DNA of 64,000 nucleotides from Candidatus Oxydemutatoraceae bacterium (GTDB lineage Bacteria; Pseudomonadota; Gammaproteobacteria; Poriferisulfidales; Oxydemutatoraceae): NCBI GenBank assembly GCA_965212025.1, contig OZ243039.1, positions 1,135,705 to 1,199,704 of the forward strand, read 5' to 3'. Shown piece by piece: positions 60,874 to 64,000 of this stretch (position 1 is its first letter; each line of letters starts with the position of its first letter). The notes under the pieces were generated by a model. It saw only the letters and a program-made list of their open reading frames with translations, ran no database searches and was not told where the DNA came from. The position numbers and the translations under genes were made by a program.

Positions 60874-62196
60874 TCAGCGTTGTGCAAACGTCTTGTAATC
60901 ACGGGTTTTTTCCCCGGTATAAAGTTGGCGGGGGCGTCCGATCCTGACAGACTTTTCGGACTTCATTTCGTTCCAGTGGCTAACCCAGCCCACTGTGCGC
61001 GCCATCGCGAAAATAGTTGTAAACATGACCGAAGGCAGTTCCAGAGCGTTCAAGATGATGCCGGAATAGAAGTCCACATTGGGGTACAGCTTGCGGTTGG
61101 TAAAGTATTTATCTTCCAGGGCGATTTTTTCCAGTTCCCGCGCTGCAGTCAGCAGAGGCCGGTTGCTGTTGTCTTTTGGCAGGGTTTCCAGTAATTGGCG
61201 GCAGCAGGTACGAATGATTTTTGCCCGAGGGTCGTAGTTTTTGTAAATCCGGTGCCCAAAACCCATGAGCTTGAAGGGGTCATTCCTATCTTTGGCGCGA
61301 TCAATGTAGTAGCCGATAGGTTTGCCTTCAGTCACTATGGCTTCAAGCATGCGAATCACCGCCTCATTGGCACCCCCGTGGGCGGCACCCCAAAGAGACG
61401 CGACTCCAGCCACAATGGCTGCATAAGGGCTGGTTCCAGTGCTGCCACTCAGGCGCACCGCTGAGGTTGAAGCATTTTGTTCATGGTCTGCGTGCAGCAG
61501 GAATATGAGGTCCAGTGCCTTTTCAAATACTTCATGCTGTGTAATCCAGGAATTCTTGCCAAACGCCATACTGAGAAAGTTCTTTGTGTAGGAAAGGGCA
61601 GGATCCGGCTCAGGCGTATCCTGCCCCCTCCCGTAGCGCAGGATACGAGCCGTAATGACTGGCACCCTGGCGATAAGGCGCAGCGCTGAAAGCTCGCGAC
61701 ATGCCGCCCGCTCATACGAAGTTTTCTCATCATGGTCTTGTGCTGCGAGCAGACTGAGGCTGGACATGAGCATTGCCATCGGATGTGCGTCTCTGGGGAA
61801 GCTGCTTTCCAGTTTTGTCAGAGCCGCATTGTCGACATGGCTTTCCCGTGCCAGCGTTGCAGTGAACCGTTCAAGCTCCTTTTCTGTGGGGAGTTTTCCA
61901 TAGTAAAGCAGATAGGCTGTTTCGACAAAATTACTGTGCTTGGCAAGCTGTTCTATAGGATATCCCCGATACCACAAGTGCCCTTTGAGACCGTCAATGT
62001 ATGTGATTTTGCTTTCGCAGGAGGCGGTGGACATGAAGCCCGGGTCAAAGGTAAAGAGTCCCGAAAGTTGATACAGCTTCCGGATGTCCAGTGTGTTTGG
62101 ACCTTCTGTGGCGGGAAGAATCGGCAAGACTGCCTCGTCGTTCCCGTCTCCATTACAGAGCCTGATTGTCTGCGTGCTTATTCCTCCGACCGCCAT
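60874..62196 (-). CDS. gltA: Citrate synthase (type II)
   Basis: 'FTFDPGFMSTASCESKITYIDG', 'LHADHEQNASTSAVRL' and 'GFGHRIYKNYDPRA' are citrate synthase signatures; 440 aa. Confidence 0.92.
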   Translation of the reverse strand: MAVGGISTQTIRLCNGDGNDEAVLPILPATEGPNTLDIRKLYQLSGLFTFDPGFMSTASCESKITYIDGLKGHLWYRGYPIEQLAKHSNFVETAYLLYYGKLPTEKELERFTATLARESHVDNAALTKLESSFPRDAHPMAMLMSSLSLLAAQDHDEKTSYERAACRELSALRLIARVPVITARILRYGRGQDTPEPDPALSYTKNFLSMAFGKNSWITQHEVFEKALDLIFLLHADHEQNASTSAVRLSGSTGTSPYAAIVAGVASLWGAAHGGANEAVIRMLEAIVTEGKPIGYYIDRAKDRNDPFKLMGFGHRIYKNYDPRAKIIRTCCRQLLETLPKDNSNRPLLTAARELEKIALEDKYFTNRKLYPNVDFYSGIILNALELPSVMFTTIFAMARTVGWVSHWNEMKSEKSVRIGRPRQLYTGEKTRDYKTFAQR

Positions 62197-62408
62197 GCTT
62201 CATTATACGGCCTGCGTGGCGAAGCACAATCTTTATTGAATCCGCAGGCCATTTTGAAAAGGCAGTCTATGTTTTTCGTGGCGGCAAAAATCAAGAGTCG
62301 GGTTTTCGAATGATGCCAATCACAGCGTGCCAGGAAAGATCAATGCCGGAGGCAGGTTCAATGATTCTATGCCCGAAAGAACGTGCTTAAGGCTAAAATA
62401 AGCAAGCA

Positions 62409-63377
62409 ATGGGAACAGAAAAATTCATAGTCACAGGAGCCGCCGGATTCATAGGCAGCAATGTTGTGCGTGGCCTGAACCAGCGGGGGGTAACGGAAAT
62501 TATTGCAGTCGATCATCTGGACAGCCCCGGAAAAGCGGCGAATTTGCTGGATCTGAAAATCATGGACTACTACGACCGAGACGAGTTCTTGCAGTTGGTT
62601 GAACAGCGTTACGATTTTGGTGCACTTTCGGCGGTCATCCACGAAGGCGCTTGCACATCCACGGTTGAACAGGATGGAGCGTACATGATGCGCAACAATT
62701 TTTCCTATTCCAGACAGTTACTGACTTATTGTCTGGAACGTGGTGTATTTTTTCAATATGCGTCTACTGCCGGAGTTTATGGGCAAAACATACAATCTCG
62801 GGAAGCGCTGGAAAATGAGAGCCCGCGGACGATTTATGCGTACTCGAAACTGCTTTTCGATTGCTGGGTGCGACGATGTTTTCGTGATGCGCGCTCGCCA
62901 GTTGTGGCTTTGCGCTATTTCAATGTTTACGGCTCTGGAGAAGGTCACAAAGGGTTTATGCGCAGCAGTCCCCTGGTTTTTTACTCCCAGTTGTGTGAAC
63001 GAGGCTGGGCGGGAGTTTTTGCCGGCGATGAAAAGGTTCCTGCCAGTGGGCATTTGCGCGATTTTGTGTCTGTGAATGACGTGGTTGCTGTCAAGCTCTG
63101 GTTTCTCGATCAAGCTGTTTCCGGGATTTTTAATGTGGGAACCGGATCAAACTGGTCGTTCGAGGAGGTTGCCAAGACAGTCGTAGGTAGCTTCGGTCAA
63201 GGCGAATACCGCGATATTCCCTTCCCGGAAAAATTAAAGGCAGGCTACCAATTCCTGACTCGTGCAGATTTGACAGCGCTTCGTAAAGTTGGCTATCAAG
63301 ACCCTTTTGTCGAGATGCAGGTTGGTGTCAGTGCCTATATTCAACACTTGCTTCGTGAGGATCAATTGCTGCAATGA
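62409..63377 (+). CDS. hldD: ADP-L-glycero-D-manno-heptose 6-epimerase
   Basis: 'FIVTGAAGFIGSNVVRGLN', 'HEGACTST' and 'YAYSKLLFD' are SDR/epimerase motifs matching HldD/RfaD. Confidence 0.9.
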   Translation: MGTEKFIVTGAAGFIGSNVVRGLNQRGVTEIIAVDHLDSPGKAANLLDLKIMDYYDRDEFLQLVEQRYDFGALSAVIHEGACTSTVEQDGAYMMRNNFSYSRQLLTYCLERGVFFQYASTAGVYGQNIQSREALENESPRTIYAYSKLLFDCWVRRCFRDARSPVVALRYFNVYGSGEGHKGFMRSSPLVFYSQLCERGWAGVFAGDEKVPASGHLRDFVSVNDVVAVKLWFLDQAVSGIFNVGTGSNWSFEEVAKTVVGSFGQGEYRDIPFPEKLKAGYQFLTRADLTALRKVGYQDPFVEMQVGVSAYIQHLLREDQLLQ

Positions 63378-64000
63378 CTTGATCGAGTTTCGCGCAGACT
63401 TCCTCTGCCTTGATTAAATTCATGAGTTTCGGGTCTTTTATTTTTTTCCCCCAAGGTATGGCTTTGCCGCCCCTGCTCCACTTATTCAGGTATTCGGCAG
63501 TTGCTGCCGGGTAGTGATTGACGCACCATTTTGCCTGTATTTTTGGTCCGATAAACTGTGGGTTCGAAGCCACATATAACCCGATGACCGGTGTGTTGGA
63601 AAAATTTGCCAAATGAGCCGGGGCAGAATCGACTGTCAGCAGCACATCGGTTTCGCTGATCAAGGCGGCCAGTTCTTTCAGGTTTAGGATTCCCGGCAAC
63701 ATTTCCGGTTTGTCGTGCATTTTCCGGCAAATCTTCCTCAAATGGCTTCTCTCCTGTTTGTTTCCACTACAACTGAGCAGAACTTTCATGCCATGCCTAC
63801 GAGTAGCGTAGTCTGCCACTTCGGCACAGGAGCTCGCATTCCACCATCGGTAAGCGTGTTGGGCGCAAGGACTGATCAGCAAGGTTTTTTTTTGGTTTCC
63901 AAGGTGCTGTTTCGCGACCGCCAAATCTTCATCGTCGAAACACTGATCCCAGACCAGGCAATGTTTTTTGATACCGAGGGCTCGAGTGAAATCAAAAAAA
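63328..64000 (-). CDS. LPS heptosyltransferase (GT9 family, WaaF/WaaC-like), N-terminus beyond window end
   Basis: The reverse frame is open from the window edge. The C-terminal part has '...TVDSAPAHLANFSNTPVIGLYVASNPQF', the GT9 heptosyltransferase motif. It is convergent with hldD and overlaps it by ~50 nt. Confidence 0.7.
   Translation of the reverse strand, partial: FFDFTRALGIKKHCLVWDQCFDDEDLAVAKQHLGNQKKTLLISPCAQHAYRWWNASSCAEVADYATRRHGMKVLLSCSGNKQERSHLRKICRKMHDKPEMLPGILNLKELAALISETDVLLTVDSAPAHLANFSNTPVIGLYVASNPQFIGPKIQAKWCVNHYPAATAEYLNKWSRGGKAIPWGKKIKDPKLMNLIKAEEVCAKLDQVIAAIDPHEASVEYRH

Noticed and set aside
1-64000. CRISPR arrays, rRNA/tRNA genes, transposases or integrases
   Set aside because: No direct-repeat/spacer periodicity, no tRNA-like T-loop (GGTTCGAATCC-type) segments and no transposase or integrase motifs were seen. 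The islands here lack obvious mobility genes.

Overview
The window looks like a gammaproteobacterial chromosome of moderate to high GC. The core gene order is PBP1A(3' end)-tatD-BCCT-porin-trpFBA-accD-folC-dedD-cvpA-purF-ldt-glycerate kinase ... lpxH-ppiB-smpB-bamC-dapA-bcp-perM ... ruvB-phhB-fdsBA-rpmBG ... prc-yrbG-aceA-icd ... metX-gltA-hldD-waaF/C. A complete fhc cluster for H4MPT-linked C1 transfer (fwdD-like, fhcB, fhcA, fhcD, fhcC), an NAD-dependent formate dehydrogenase (fdsBA) and fdxA/fprA point to a methylotrophic or methanotrophic lifestyle. Embedded in this backbone are several accessory or decaying loci. (1) A tandemly duplicated locus encodes two paralogous secreted lysyl-endopeptidase-like S1 serine proteases. 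One is a 1560-aa multidomain protein with GLUG repeats and four ~99-aa Ig-like repeats. Both keep a conserved C-terminal 'RLK(A/V)YLGGA(T/V)R' tail, and degenerate 3'-tail cassettes lie downstream of the first gene. (2) A lower-GC islet holds a frameshifted and nonsense-interrupted OLD-like ABC-ATPase plus a small DUF4276-like partner, apparently a decayed defence pair. (3) A low-GC insertion between fprA and an orphan ruvB carries two large, charged, signal-less hypothetical proteins with eukaryote-like S/P/R-rich low complexity. (4) A 1146-aa signal-less hypothetical protein sits directly upstream of rpmB-rpmG. Two of its reading frames appear interrupted (the porin gene and the decayed ATPase/DUF4276-like pair), which suggests ongoing gene decay or sequence errors. 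No rRNA, tRNA, CRISPR array or transposase was recognised.
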